A stretch of DNA of 42,774 nt from Nitrospirota bacterium (lineage in GTDB: Bacteria; Nitrospirota; Thermodesulfovibrionia; Thermodesulfovibrionales; SM23-35). The position numbers were made by a program, and so were the translations under genes. This document shows positions 31,633 to 41,030 of this stretch, piece by piece. Positions within the stretch are counted from its first letter, which is position 1. Each line of letters begins with the position of its first letter. A model generated the notes under the pieces. It saw nothing but the letters and a program-made list of their open reading frames with translations, was not told the origin of the DNA and did no database searches. The stretch spans positions 1 through 42,774 of the forward strand of contig JACAEY010000091.1 in assembly GCA_013388605.1 (NCBI GenBank), in the 5' to 3' direction.

Positions 31633-31834
31633 TCCATAATAAAAGATACAATATGGCTGGATACCTCATAAACACAATGAATAGACAGGATAATTGTATG
31701 ACAGACCTCTTTCTGTTAAAGTATGATATCAGGATTACGCTTATATATCCTTTCTGGGAAGAGGATGTGGATTAATTTTATGAGGTCGTCATTGTGTTTC
31801 TTCGACATCCAGCCATATTTCAGAATATCTTGGA
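31633..31834 (+). mobile_element. MITE-like element, copy C (most complete), between ruvA and ruvB
   Basis: TCCA...TGGA ends; 13-bp IR 31650-31662/31807-31819 and 11-bp IR 31670-31680/31789-31799. Confidence 0.75.
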
Positions 31835-31854
31835 AGAAATGATAGGTAATGTAA

Positions 31855-32907
31855 ATGAAGAAAACAGATAATCATACCAGACGATCAGAAAAAAGTTTTG
31901 TAGTAAATAGAACAATTAATCCAGTTGTTTCTCAGGAAGAGTTCGCTTATGAAATGACTTTAAGACCGAGGTCATTTGATGAGTTTATTGGACAGGATAA
32001 GATTAAGGATAATCTAAAGATATTTATAGAGGCTGCAGAGAAAAGAAAAGATCCTCTTGACCATGTGCTTTTCTGTGGACCACCAGGTCTTGGAAAGACA
32101 ACCCTTGCACATATAATAGCTACTGAGTTAAAGGTTAATATAAAGACGACGTCAGGACCGGTATTAGAAAGACCCGGTGACCTTGCTGCGATCCTTACAA
32201 ATCTTTCTGAACTCGATATCCTGTTTATAGATGAGATTCATAGGTTACCAAGAATAGTTGAAGAAATTCTTTATCCTGCAATGGAGGATTATCAACTTGA
32301 CATTATTATAGGACAAGGTCCAAGTGCAAGGACACTTAAGTTGAATCTACCTAAATTTACACTGATTGGTGCTACTACGAGGACAGGATTACTTACATCT
32401 CCTTTAAGAGAACGTTTTGGTGTGATAAGCAGGCTTGAATTCTATTCTCCTGAGGAGCTTAAAAATATTGTTTTGCGTTCATCCATGATACTCAAGACAG
32501 ATATTGATGATGATGCTGCCTTTGAAATAGCACGGCGTTCAAGAGGAACTCCAAGAATAGCAAACAGGCTTTTACGCCGAATAAGGGACTTTGCACAGGT
32601 CAAAGGTGATGGAAGGATTGACCTTAAAATAACAAAGAGCTCCCTCCTTTCACTCGATGTAGACGAGAAGGGTCTTGATGAGATGGATAGAAGACTCCTT
32701 CTTACAATAATCGAAAAATACAATGGTGGTCCTGTTGGAATTGAAACGTTAGCAGCCTCTTTGAGAGAAGATAAAGAGACTTTAGAAGATGTATATGAGC
32801 CCTTTTTATTACAGGAGGGTTTACTTGATAGAACACCTCGTGGCAGACTTGCAACAAAGATTGCCTATCAACACTTCAGAATGGATACTCCTAAGGGGCT
32901 GTTTTGA
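31855..32907 (+). CDS. ruvB: Holliday junction DNA helicase RuvB
   Basis: [45 protein letters not shown]. Confidence 0.98.
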   Translation: MKKTDNHTRRSEKSFVVNRTINPVVSQEEFAYEMTLRPRSFDEFIGQDKIKDNLKIFIEAAEKRKDPLDHVLFCGPPGLGKTTLAHIIATELKVNIKTTSGPVLERPGDLAAILTNLSELDILFIDEIHRLPRIVEEILYPAMEDYQLDIIIGQGPSARTLKLNLPKFTLIGATTRTGLLTSPLRERFGVISRLEFYSPEELKNIVLRSSMILKTDIDDDAAFEIARRSRGTPRIANRLLRRIRDFAQVKGDGRIDLKITKSSLLSLDVDEKGLDEMDRRLLLTIIEKYNGGPVGIETLAASLREDKETLEDVYEPFLLQEGLLDRTPRGRLATKIAYQHFRMDTPKGLF

Positions 32908-32918
32908 AGCTAAAAAAT

Positions 32919-33470
32919 ATGAAGCTCCTGATGCACATATGTTGTGCCAACTGTTATTTATATCCATTTCAGACACTGGTTTCAAAGGGCATTGATGCAA
33001 AGGGTCTGTGGTTCAATCCAAACATTCATCCATATACAGAATATCAGATACGTCTTGATGCTCTACATAAGCTTCAAAATTTATGGAATCTGGACATCGA
33101 GTATATTGACCATTATGGACTAAAGGAATTCATTAGGGCTGTTGTAAATAAAGAAAAATATGGTGAGAGATGTTATTTCTGCTATTTAATGAGGCTTGAG
33201 GAAACAGCTAAGATAGCAAAAAAGATGGGGCTTGATGGTTTCACAACAACTCTTCTTGCAAGCCCTCATCAGAATTTTGATATGATAGTAAAGTTAGGTA
33301 AAGAAATGGGAAGGAAATATTCAGTTCCTTTTTATTTAGAAGATTTCAGGGAAGGATGGAAAACAGGCATTAGCATGTCAAAAGAACTCAGACTTTACAG
33401 GCAGAAGTACTGCGGATGCATATATTCGGAGATGGAACGATATTTAAAAAAGCAAAAAGCAAAGGGCTAA
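32919..33470 (+). CDS. queH: Epoxyqueuosine reductase QueH (DUF208)
   Basis: HICCANC, NPNIHPYTEY, RCYFCY..RLEETA, LYRQKYCGCIYSE. Confidence 0.92.
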   Translation: MKLLMHICCANCYLYPFQTLVSKGIDAKGLWFNPNIHPYTEYQIRLDALHKLQNLWNLDIEYIDHYGLKEFIRAVVNKEKYGERCYFCYLMRLEETAKIAKKMGLDGFTTTLLASPHQNFDMIVKLGKEMGRKYSVPFYLEDFREGWKTGISMSKELRLYRQKYCGCIYSEMERYLKKQKAKG

Positions 33471-33481
33471 GAGCTTAGAGC
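33447..33481 (+). repeat. Degenerate heptamer array (consensus about AAAGAGC) x5
   Basis: aaaaagc aaaaagc aaagggc taagagc ttagagc; includes the queH stop. Confidence 0.65.
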
Positions 33482-33487
33482 TTTATT

Positions 33488-33715
33488 ATGGCTGATGGAA
33501 TTCAATATATAGGCAAATTTCTTTTACTCCTTGGTCTTGTTGTTGCAGCAATAGGGGGATTACTTCTTCTCTCGGGTAAGATTCCATGGATAGGGAGGCT
33601 TCCCGGAGATATCCTGATACAGAAGAAAAATTTTACTTTCTATTTTCCACTGGCTACAAGTATCCTTTTAAGTTTGATACTGACTTTGCTTTTCTGGATC
33701 TTAGGAAGAAGATGA
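33488..33715 (+). CDS. DUF2905 family small membrane protein
   Basis: GRLPGDILI...FYFPLATSILLS. Confidence 0.9.
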   Translation: MADGIQYIGKFLLLLGLVVAAIGGLLLLSGKIPWIGRLPGDILIQKKNFTFYFPLATSILLSLILTLLFWILGRR

Positions 33716-33716
33716 T

Positions 33717-34778
33717 ATGAGTAATGAGCAAAGAGCTAAGAGCAAAGAGTGTATAGTTAAGAACTCTATGTGCTATGCACTACGCTCTATGCTAATCGCC
33801 CTATGCTCTATGCTTTATGTTCTATGCTCCCTGCTCTATGCTTTGCCACTGTTTGCTTCAGAGACTATCAAGGTGCTTATTTTGAATGAGATATATTCTT
33901 CTATTCCTCAAAAAGATGAAAAGATTGAAAAGTTAGGAAATGTTAAAGGGGATCTTCTTGTTACAGGATCAAGATATAGCGGAAACATAGAAATATGGAA
34001 AGGAAAAGGGGGTTTGTATCTTATAAATGAGCTTCCCATCGAAGATTATGTTAAAGAGGTTGTGATGTCCGAAGTTGGTTCAAACTGGGAGATGGAAGCA
34101 CTTAAAGCCCAAGCAGTTTTATCTCGGACATATGCTATAAAACAGAAAAAATTAAATGGAAATTCACTTTTCCATATTACATCTTCAGTCATCCATCAAG
34201 CTTACAAGGGTAATAATTCGGATGCAAGAGTAGCTTATGCAGTAGAAGAGACTAAAGGTGAAATCCTTACATATAATGGTATTCCCATAGAACCTTTTTA
34301 TCACTCGACATGTGGAGGCGTTACAGAAGACCCTGAAGAGGTCTTTGGCAAAAGTTTTCCTTACTTGAGGTCTGTTGAATCGAATTGTGAGATATCTCCA
34401 TTCTGGGTATGGAGCAGAAAGATATCCGTATCTGAGATAGAAGACGCTCTTAATATCCCGAATATTAAAGAAATAGTAATAAAATCTTATACATCAACAA
34501 AGAGGGTTAAGGAGTTAAACATAATTCATGGCTCAGGGACAACAACAATTAAGGCAACTGATCTGAGAAAGGCTTTAGGCTGGAACCTTCTTCCAAGCAC
34601 ATTTTTCACTATTTTGCATGAAGGGGATTCAATTCTTTTTGAAGGCAGGGGTTATGGTCATGGAGTTGGTCTCTGCCAGTGGAGCGCACTTCAGATGGCT
34701 CGAGAAGGTAAAAATTATAGAGAAATACTCTCTTTTTTCTTTCCTCGCACAACCATTGAACTTTATGAGGGTCGCTGA
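33717..34778 (+). CDS. SpoIID/LytB domain protein
   Basis: EALKAQAVLSRTYA, YHSTCGG.TE, GRGYGHGVGLCQW. Confidence 0.92.
   Translation: MSNEQRAKSKECIVKNSMCYALRSMLIALCSMLYVLCSLLYALPLFASETIKVLILNEIYSSIPQKDEKIEKLGNVKGDLLVTGSRYSGNIEIWKGKGGLYLINELPIEDYVKEVVMSEVGSNWEMEALKAQAVLSRTYAIKQKKLNGNSLFHITSSVIHQAYKGNNSDARVAYAVEETKGEILTYNGIPIEPFYHSTCGGVTEDPEEVFGKSFPYLRSVESNCEISPFWVWSRKISVSEIEDALNIPNIKEIVIKSYTSTKRVKELNIIHGSGTTTIKATDLRKALGWNLLPSTFFTILHEGDSILFEGRGYGHGVGLCQWSALQMAREGKNYREILSFFFPRTTIELYEGR
33726..33840 (+). repeat. Inverted heptamer arrays (GAGCAAA x3; CTCTATG x11) inside the SpoIID 5' end
   Basis: 11 degenerate 7-bp units at 33764-33840 and complementary-type units at 33726-33749. Confidence 0.85.
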
Positions 34779-35784
34779 TTTCGATTTTTGTCTTCCACAA
34801 GGGCTAATAGCCAAAAGACCATTAAAAAAGCGGGATAGTTCCAGATTGCTTGTTCTTCACAGAGATGGTCAGATTGAGCACAAAAAGTTCTTTAACCTTC
34901 CTGAATACATTAATCCAGGCGACATGCTTCTCTTAAATAACACAAAGGTTTTCCCTGCAAGGCTTAAAGGGCTTAAAAAAACTGGTGGTAGCCTTGATAT
35001 ACTCCTTATAAAAGAGAATGAAGAAAATGTCTGGGAGATAATTTCTAAGGGTAAATATACAGGTGTTTTAGAAATTTCTGAAGAACTTAAAGCAGAAATA
35101 TATGTTGGGAGAGTTGCAAAGTTTATATGTTCAGGGAGTCTAAGGGATATTATTTGGAAATATGGAAATATGCCTCTTCCGCCTTATATCAAACGCTCTC
35201 CTGATGAAAAGGATAAAAAAAGTTACCAGACAGTGTATGCAAAGGAAGAGGGATCTATTGCTGCTCCCACTGCTGGTCTGCATTTCACAGAGGAATTGCT
35301 CAAAACCTTAAATTCAATGGGGGTACTGATAAGAGAGGTTACTCTCTCTGTGGGAATTGGAACGTTTATGCCTATCAGAACAACACATGTTGAAGAACAT
35401 GTTATGAAAGAGGAATCATTCAAGATAGAAAGGTCTCTAATTTCTGAAATAAGTGAGGTGAAAAACTCTGGTAAAAGCATTTTTTCAGTAGGGACTACTA
35501 CAACAAGGGCAATAGAAGGATACATGAGTGGGAACTGGTCATTAGGTATAGAAAAGGAGCCAGACAATGGTTCAATACACGGTTTTACCAACCTATTTAT
35601 CTATCCTGGGTACAAATTTAAGGCTGTTGACTCTCTTATAACAAATTTTCATCTTCCAAAATCAACACCCCTTATGTTAGTTGCAGCCTTTTGTGGATGG
35701 AAAAAGTTGAAAAAATCATATGAAGAGGCTATTTCTTCAAAATATAGATTTTTTTCTTATGGCGATGCTATGCTAATTTTATGA
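34765..35784 (+). CDS. queA: SAM:tRNA ribosyltransferase-isomerase
   Basis: MRVADFDF, PLPPYIKR, YQTVYA, AAPTAGLHFT, VGTTTTRA, TNFHLPKSTP, YRFFSYGDAM; ATG 34765. Confidence 0.97.
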   Translation: MRVADFDFCLPQGLIAKRPLKKRDSSRLLVLHRDGQIEHKKFFNLPEYINPGDMLLLNNTKVFPARLKGLKKTGGSLDILLIKENEENVWEIISKGKYTGVLEISEELKAEIYVGRVAKFICSGSLRDIIWKYGNMPLPPYIKRSPDEKDKKSYQTVYAKEEGSIAAPTAGLHFTEELLKTLNSMGVLIREVTLSVGIGTFMPIRTTHVEEHVMKEESFKIERSLISEISEVKNSGKSIFSVGTTTTRAIEGYMSGNWSLGIEKEPDNGSIHGFTNLFIYPGYKFKAVDSLITNFHLPKSTPLMLVAAFCGWKKLKKSYEEAISSKYRFFSYGDAMLIL

Positions 35785-36368
35785 AAAAGATAGATTTAAG
35801 GGATAAACCTTCGGCTTTTGTCATTGGTAGAGGTCTAATAATTGCGGTCGTGCTTTTTACTTCCTCACTCAGTTTTATTCTCGGCTATTTTGTTGGCAGA
35901 ACAACTACAAAGGAAACTCAGACCATAAGATTTTTAGGTAAAGATTCAAAGGGTATTAGCAAATCACCCATACAAGTTGCACCTTTACGAAAAGATCAGT
36001 CACAAAATGTTGTCAGTTCTTCTGATAAAGAAGAGACCATGCAAGATAAGAACCTTTGGGACTCTAAAAAACCCTTGACAGTTGATCAACAGTCCTTAAA
36101 ATCAACCAAGATTGTATATACAGTCCAGTTAGGGGCATTTAAGAATCCTCTGGATGCAGAAACACTTAAAGTTAAATTTGATAAAAAGGGTTTTAAGGCT
36201 TTTGTAATTGATTCAAATTCAAAAAATGGTGAGAGACTTTATAAGGTGTGGGTAGGAGAATTTGCTACCAGAAAAGAAGCAGAGGAAGTATCTTTAAAAA
36301 TAAAAAAGACCGAGGGTTTACAGCCATTCGTTACATTTAAAAAGGAGAATGAAATACGGCAACCTTAG
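35781..36368 (+). CDS. Membrane-anchored SPOR domain protein
   Basis: N-terminal TM (FILGYFVG), C-terminal YTVQLGAF...YKVWVG. Confidence 0.9.
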   Translation: MKKIDLRDKPSAFVIGRGLIIAVVLFTSSLSFILGYFVGRTTTKETQTIRFLGKDSKGISKSPIQVAPLRKDQSQNVVSSSDKEETMQDKNLWDSKKPLTVDQQSLKSTKIVYTVQLGAFKNPLDAETLKVKFDKKGFKAFVIDSNSKNGERLYKVWVGEFATRKEAEEVSLKIKKTEGLQPFVTFKKENEIRQP

Positions 36369-37321
36369 AGATTGAGCTTGATAGTGAAAAAGAATACAGT
36401 CTGATTTACAGCGGTCTTGAAAAGAACCTTAAGGTATTAGAAGAGACACTTGGTATCTCAGCATCACACAGAGGCAACAAGATATTTCTTAAAGGAGATG
36501 AAAGTTCTGTTAGTAAGGCTGAAAGACTTATTCAGGATATTCGAAATATATGTTCAGATGGTTATATACTTACGCCTGATGAGATACGTTATGCAATAAA
36601 GTCTGCCCCAGAAGGCAAGCACATTTCATTGAAAGACCTTTTTCTGAACAGTATTCCTGTATCCTCAAAAAAAAGGTTTATCATACCGAAAACAGAAACC
36701 CAGAGGAGATATATTGATGCTATTAAAAACTTTGACATGGTCATTGGTATAGGACCAGCCGGTACAGGAAAGACATATCTTGCAATGGCAATGGCTATAA
36801 ATGCACTTTTGAAAAAACAGATAAGCAGAATTGTTCTTGCAAGACCTGCAGTTGAAGCTGGGGAAAAACTCGGCTATCTTCCCGGAGATATTTATGAAAA
36901 AGTCCATCCTTACCTCAGACCTTTATACGATGCGCTTTTTGATATGATGGAGGCAGAAAAGGTGAGTCGTCTTGTAGAGAGAGGTGTTATAGAAATAGCC
37001 CCTCTTGCTTATATGAGGGGAAGGACTCTAAATGATTCATTCATAATACTTGATGAGGCACAAAATACAACATCAGAACAGATGAAGATGTATCTTACAA
37101 GATTAGGATTCAATTCAAAGACTGTAATAACAGGGGATGTTACACAGATTGATCTTCCCATAGGGAGAGTATCAGGCTTAATAGAGGCAGAGAAAATATT
37201 GAAGGGTATCGAAGGAATTGAGATTATATATTTCTCTGAAAAAGATGTTGTAAGACATAAACTCGTTCAAGAGATTATCAAGGCATATGAAAGGTACGAA
37301 AAACGGGATCATCAAGAATAA
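36356..37321 (+). CDS. phoH: PhoH-like ATPase (YbeZ-type, with N-terminal KH-like region)
   Basis: GPAGTGKTYLA, RPAVEAGE, LAYMRGRTL, ILDEAQN; frame open for 91 codons upstream of TTG 36629 back to ACG 36356. Confidence 0.92.
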   Translation, partial: TATLEIELDSEKEYSLIYSGLEKNLKVLEETLGISASHRGNKIFLKGDESSVSKAERLIQDIRNICSDGYILTPDEIRYAIKSAPEGKHISLKDLFLNSIPVSSKKRFIIPKTETQRRYIDAIKNFDMVIGIGPAGTGKTYLAMAMAINALLKKQISRIVLARPAVEAGEKLGYLPGDIYEKVHPYLRPLYDALFDMMEAEKVSRLVERGVIEIAPLAYMRGRTLNDSFIILDEAQNTTSEQMKMYLTRLGFNSKTVITGDVTQIDLPIGRVSGLIEAEKILKGIEGIEIIYFSEKDVVRHKLVQEIIKAYERYEKRDHQE

Positions 37322-38867
37322 TATAAAGAGAAGACCCTCTTTATCTAAACCTCAGACTTTTTTAAGCTTGGGAAGACAGGATATATCCCGAGTGCCAATT
37401 CTCCTTTTAACCGCTTTTATTTCTGCACTTGCAATACAGAGCAGGATAAGTATTGAACAACTCTTTGGCGGATTTCTTATAACAAGTGTATTACTTTTTA
37501 TACTTTACAAGGATATCATGCGGTATAAGCCTGCTTATATAAATAATTACAATATGTTGATACTACTTTGCTTTTTGCTTGTTTTTAATCTCTTGATAGG
37601 AAGGCTTTTCAACTATCTACTTTATAGTCTTTCAAAAGGAACAGGATTTGTCTCACTTGAAGGTGCTATTTTTGGTATGCCTTTGCCTGCAGGAGCAATG
37701 CTTGTTACACTTCTTTTTGATTTTCATACTGCCATAACCTTTTCTTTTACAATGAGCTTACTGACCGGACTATGGCTTCAAGATGCATCCTATATTATCT
37801 ATGCATTTGTTGGAAGTTTAACTGCAGCCTTCAGTGTTATAAGATGTAAAAAGAGGTCAGCCCTTATCTGGGGTGGGCTTTATATAGTTTTAGTCAACAT
37901 TACTACTCTGATTATTATTTTATTATTTGAAGGGGATCTTTTTACTACCAAGACCTTATCATCTATGTCTTTTGCTATGATAGCAGGTGTAAGTGTTTCA
38001 GCCATTGTATCTCTTTTACTACCACTTTTAGAGTATACCTTTAAAATTACCACAGATATAAGTCTTCTGGAACTTCTTGATTTAAATCAACCTATAATTA
38101 GAAACCTTATGATTACAGTTCCTGGAACCTACCATCATAGTGTAATTGTAGGAAGTCTTGCAGAATCAGCAGCTGAAGCAGTTGGGGTGAATCCTTTACT
38201 TGCAAGAGTAAGCTCATATTACCATGATATCGGCAAAGTTAAAATGCCAGAATATTTCATAGAAAATCAGGTTGTTACAGAAAGCAAACATGACAGTTTA
38301 ACACCACATATGAGTAGTATGATAATAGTAAATCATATAAAGGAAGGTGTTGAAATCGCAAAAGAAAACAAAATTCCACAGCCAATAATTGATATAATAC
38401 AACAACATCATGGCACGTCCCTTATGTCATATTTCTATCAGAAGGCAAAAGAACAAAAAACAGATATCCTTCCTTCAGAAAGTGATTACAGATATCCAGG
38501 TCCCAAACCTCAAACCCGAGTAGCTGCACTTATAATGATGGCAGATGCTGTTGAAGCTGCATCAAGGGTTCTAACAGACCCCACACCTGCAAGGATCTCT
38601 TCTCTTGTTGACAGGATAATAAATCATATCTTTCTTGATGGTCAACTTGATGAATGTGAACTTACTCTTAAGGATATCCACGAAATAAAAAGGTGTTTCA
38701 CATATATACTTACAGGCATATTCCATAAAAGGATCGATTATCCGGGTTTTGATTTTACCGATGAAGGTATATATAGAGAACAGACAAAGGTCGATAAAGT
38801 TAAATCAGCAGAAAAAAATAAATCTCATAAAGAAGGCACTCAAGTTCCTCGGTCTCAAAGAAGCTGA
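37287..38867 (+). CDS. 7TM-HD (HDIG) phosphohydrolase, PgpH-like
   Basis: Multiple TMs, PGTYHHS, YYHDIGK, QHHGT, YRYPGPKPQT, MADAVEAA. Confidence 0.92.
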   Translation: MKGTKNGIIKNNIKRRPSLSKPQTFLSLGRQDISRVPILLLTAFISALAIQSRISIEQLFGGFLITSVLLFILYKDIMRYKPAYINNYNMLILLCFLLVFNLLIGRLFNYLLYSLSKGTGFVSLEGAIFGMPLPAGAMLVTLLFDFHTAITFSFTMSLLTGLWLQDASYIIYAFVGSLTAAFSVIRCKKRSALIWGGLYIVLVNITTLIIILLFEGDLFTTKTLSSMSFAMIAGVSVSAIVSLLLPLLEYTFKITTDISLLELLDLNQPIIRNLMITVPGTYHHSVIVGSLAESAAEAVGVNPLLARVSSYYHDIGKVKMPEYFIENQVVTESKHDSLTPHMSSMIIVNHIKEGVEIAKENKIPQPIIDIIQQHHGTSLMSYFYQKAKEQKTDILPSESDYRYPGPKPQTRVAALIMMADAVEAASRVLTDPTPARISSLVDRIINHIFLDGQLDECELTLKDIHEIKRCFTYILTGIFHKRIDYPGFDFTDEGIYREQTKVDKVKSAEKNKSHKEGTQVPRSQRS

Positions 38868-39282
38868 AGTAAGTATATTATTTGTAAATGATAGTAGAAT
38901 GAAGAAGCTGAATAATACTTACCGAGGAATGGATATGGTAACAGATGTTCTCTCTTTTCCACAACTTGGTACAAAAGAGCTAAAGTACATCAGTAAAAAA
39001 GTAACTTCAAAGCCTTCAAATTTTCAGTCTTTATACCTCTCTCTTGGTGACATCGTTATCAATCTACAAAGTGCTAAGAGACAGGCAGTCGAGCATGGGT
39101 TGTCTCTTGATGAAGAAATTAATAGACTTATAATCCATGGACTTCTCCATCTTCTTGGATATGATCATGAAAAGAACAGTTATCAGAAAAAGAAAATGGA
39201 ATTGAAAGAGAAAGAGCTATTTGATGCTTTAACTTTTCTTTGTAGGAGGAAAGCCGGGACTTGTCATTTTTTTAGGGTCTAA
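38761..39282 (+). CDS. ybeY: rRNA maturation endonuclease YbeY
   Basis: LNNTYRG, TDVLSFP, LGDIVI, HGLLHLLGYDH; ATG 38761. Confidence 0.95.
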   Translation: MKVYIENRQRSIKLNQQKKINLIKKALKFLGLKEAEVSILFVNDSRMKKLNNTYRGMDMVTDVLSFPQLGTKELKYISKKVTSKPSNFQSLYLSLGDIVINLQSAKRQAVEHGLSLDEEINRLIIHGLLHLLGYDHEKNSYQKKKMELKEKELFDALTFLCRRKAGTCHFFRV

Positions 39283-40641
39283 AATCTTGTCTACTTCTTT
39301 TTTTGAAAGATAGCCCATTTCAACAACAATCTCCTTCATCGTCCTTTTTTCTTTTAGAGCTTTCTTTATAACCTCAGCCGTTTTATCATATCCGATTATT
39401 GGATTAAGGGCTGTAGCAATCATAGGATTCCTCTCGGTCAGCTCAGATATATGTTTTTCATTAACATCTAAGCCATCAATCACCTTTTTTGCCATCAAGT
39501 TAGCTCCATTGGAAAGAATAGTGATTGATTGAATAATGTTATGTGCTATTACAGGGAGCATCACATTTAGCTGAAATTCTCCCATTAAATTTGATATTGA
39601 AATAACAGTATCATTTCCGATTACCTGTACACACGCCATTCTTATAGCCTCGAGTATGACAGGATTCACTTTACCCGGCATTATTGATGAACCAGGCTGA
39701 ATGGAAGGTATAGTTATCTCAGAAAGACCTGCTATTGGGCCGCTGTTCATCCACCTTATATCATTGGCGATTTTTAAGAGGCTTGTTGCTAATGTCTTTA
39801 GATGTCCTGATAGTTCTGTGACTGTATCCATGGTCGACTGGGCTTGAAAATGATTTCTGGATTCCCTGAATTTTATATTGGTCATCTCTGACAAAACTCT
39901 TGATACCCTTTTGCCAAATTCAGGATGTGTTGTAAAACCTGTGCCTACCGCAGTTCCTCCAATGGCAAGTTCTGAAAGTCTTGAGAGAATATCCTGAATT
40001 CTTTCAATAGAAAGTTCTATTTGTGTTGCCCACCCTGACATTTCTTGTTTTATAGTTAGAGGCATCGCATCCATTAGATGGGTTCTTCCTGTCTTTACTA
40101 TAGATTTAAAATCAGATGACCTTTCTTCTATTTTTTTACGAAGTAATCTAAGCGATATAATAAGAGATTCTTTTATCAGTATATGTGCAGAGATATGTAT
40201 TGCAGATGGTATTACATCATTTGTAGATTGGCCTTTGTTTACATGGTCATTAGGATGGACAGGGTATTTGCTATCTTTATGCCCTTTTAATATCTCATTA
40301 GCACGTGTCGCTATTACCTCATTTACATTCATATTTGTAGATGTTCCTGATCCTGTCTGAAATATGTCGAGAGGGAATTGGTCAGAAAATCTTCCTTCTA
40401 TGATTTCACTGCATGATTGAATAATGGCGTCTGAAATATTTTTATCCAGTATATCAAGTTCGGAATTTACCTTTGCACAGGCGAGTTTAATATATGCGAT
40501 AGAGCGAATAAAAACATCTGGAAATCTTATTCCACTAATGGGAAAATTCTCAATTGCCCTCTGTGTTTGAGCACCCCAATAAGCATTAATTGGGACTTTT
40601 ACTTCTCCAAGAAAATCTTTCTCAATCCTGTATTTTTCCAT
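39229..40641 (-). CDS. fumC: Class II fumarate hydratase
   Basis: WGAQTQRA, FQTGSGTSTNMN, HPNDHVN, GRTHLMDA, GSSIMPGKVNP. Confidence 0.92.
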   Translation of the reverse strand: MEKYRIEKDFLGEVKVPINAYWGAQTQRAIENFPISGIRFPDVFIRSIAYIKLACAKVNSELDILDKNISDAIIQSCSEIIEGRFSDQFPLDIFQTGSGTSTNMNVNEVIATRANEILKGHKDSKYPVHPNDHVNKGQSTNDVIPSAIHISAHILIKESLIISLRLLRKKIEERSSDFKSIVKTGRTHLMDAMPLTIKQEMSGWATQIELSIERIQDILSRLSELAIGGTAVGTGFTTHPEFGKRVSRVLSEMTNIKFRESRNHFQAQSTMDTVTELSGHLKTLATSLLKIANDIRWMNSGPIAGLSEITIPSIQPGSSIMPGKVNPVILEAIRMACVQVIGNDTVISISNLMGEFQLNVMLPVIAHNIIQSITILSNGANLMAKKVIDGLDVNEKHISELTERNPMIATALNPIIGYDKTAEVIKKALKEKRTMKEIVVEMGYLSKKEVDKILDPKKMTSPGFPPTKKS

Positions 40642-40667
40642 GTTTTCTTCAAAATCCTAAAATTAAA

Positions 40668-41030
40668 TTAGGGCATTGTTACAGCAATCTCATATGTACC
40701 TATTGAAACTTTTCCCATCAGACCTTTTGCCCACAAAAGATCTGTTGTCTTTACCTTCATGTCTTTTGGAACCATAAGGATAAGCTTTACTCCGAGATCT
40801 GAGAATGTTTTCCATCTTTCAGCCCTTTTTTCAGTAATACTTTCTGCTGTTTCGACCTCAAGGATGGCGAGTATCATACCATGATTTCCGAGTACCATAT
40901 CAGGGTAATGACCTTTATATTCAACCTTTTTTTCTCCTGCTTTATTGATGCCAATTTCCTTATAATCCTTTGAGAGTTTTCTTCTCACATGCTCAAGAAT
41001 AATCTCATGGACAAGGTCAGCGTATTCCAT
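40668..41030 (-). CDS. Hypothetical protein, possible PD-(D/E)xK fold
   Basis: H...YPD...LEVET spacing. Confidence 0.65.
   Translation of the reverse strand: MEYADLVHEIILEHVRRKLSKDYKEIGINKAGEKKVEYKGHYPDMVLGNHGMILAILEVETAESITEKRAERWKTFSDLGVKLILMVPKDMKVKTTDLLWAKGLMGKVSIGTYEIAVTMP

Noticed and set aside
31653-31775. 40-aa ORF (MAGYLINTMNRQ...) inside the MITE-like element
   Set aside because: Start and frame are not preserved in the other copies
34618-34764. N-terminal extension of queA in the ORF track
   Set aside because: Overlaps SpoIID; canonical QueA begins at ATG 34765
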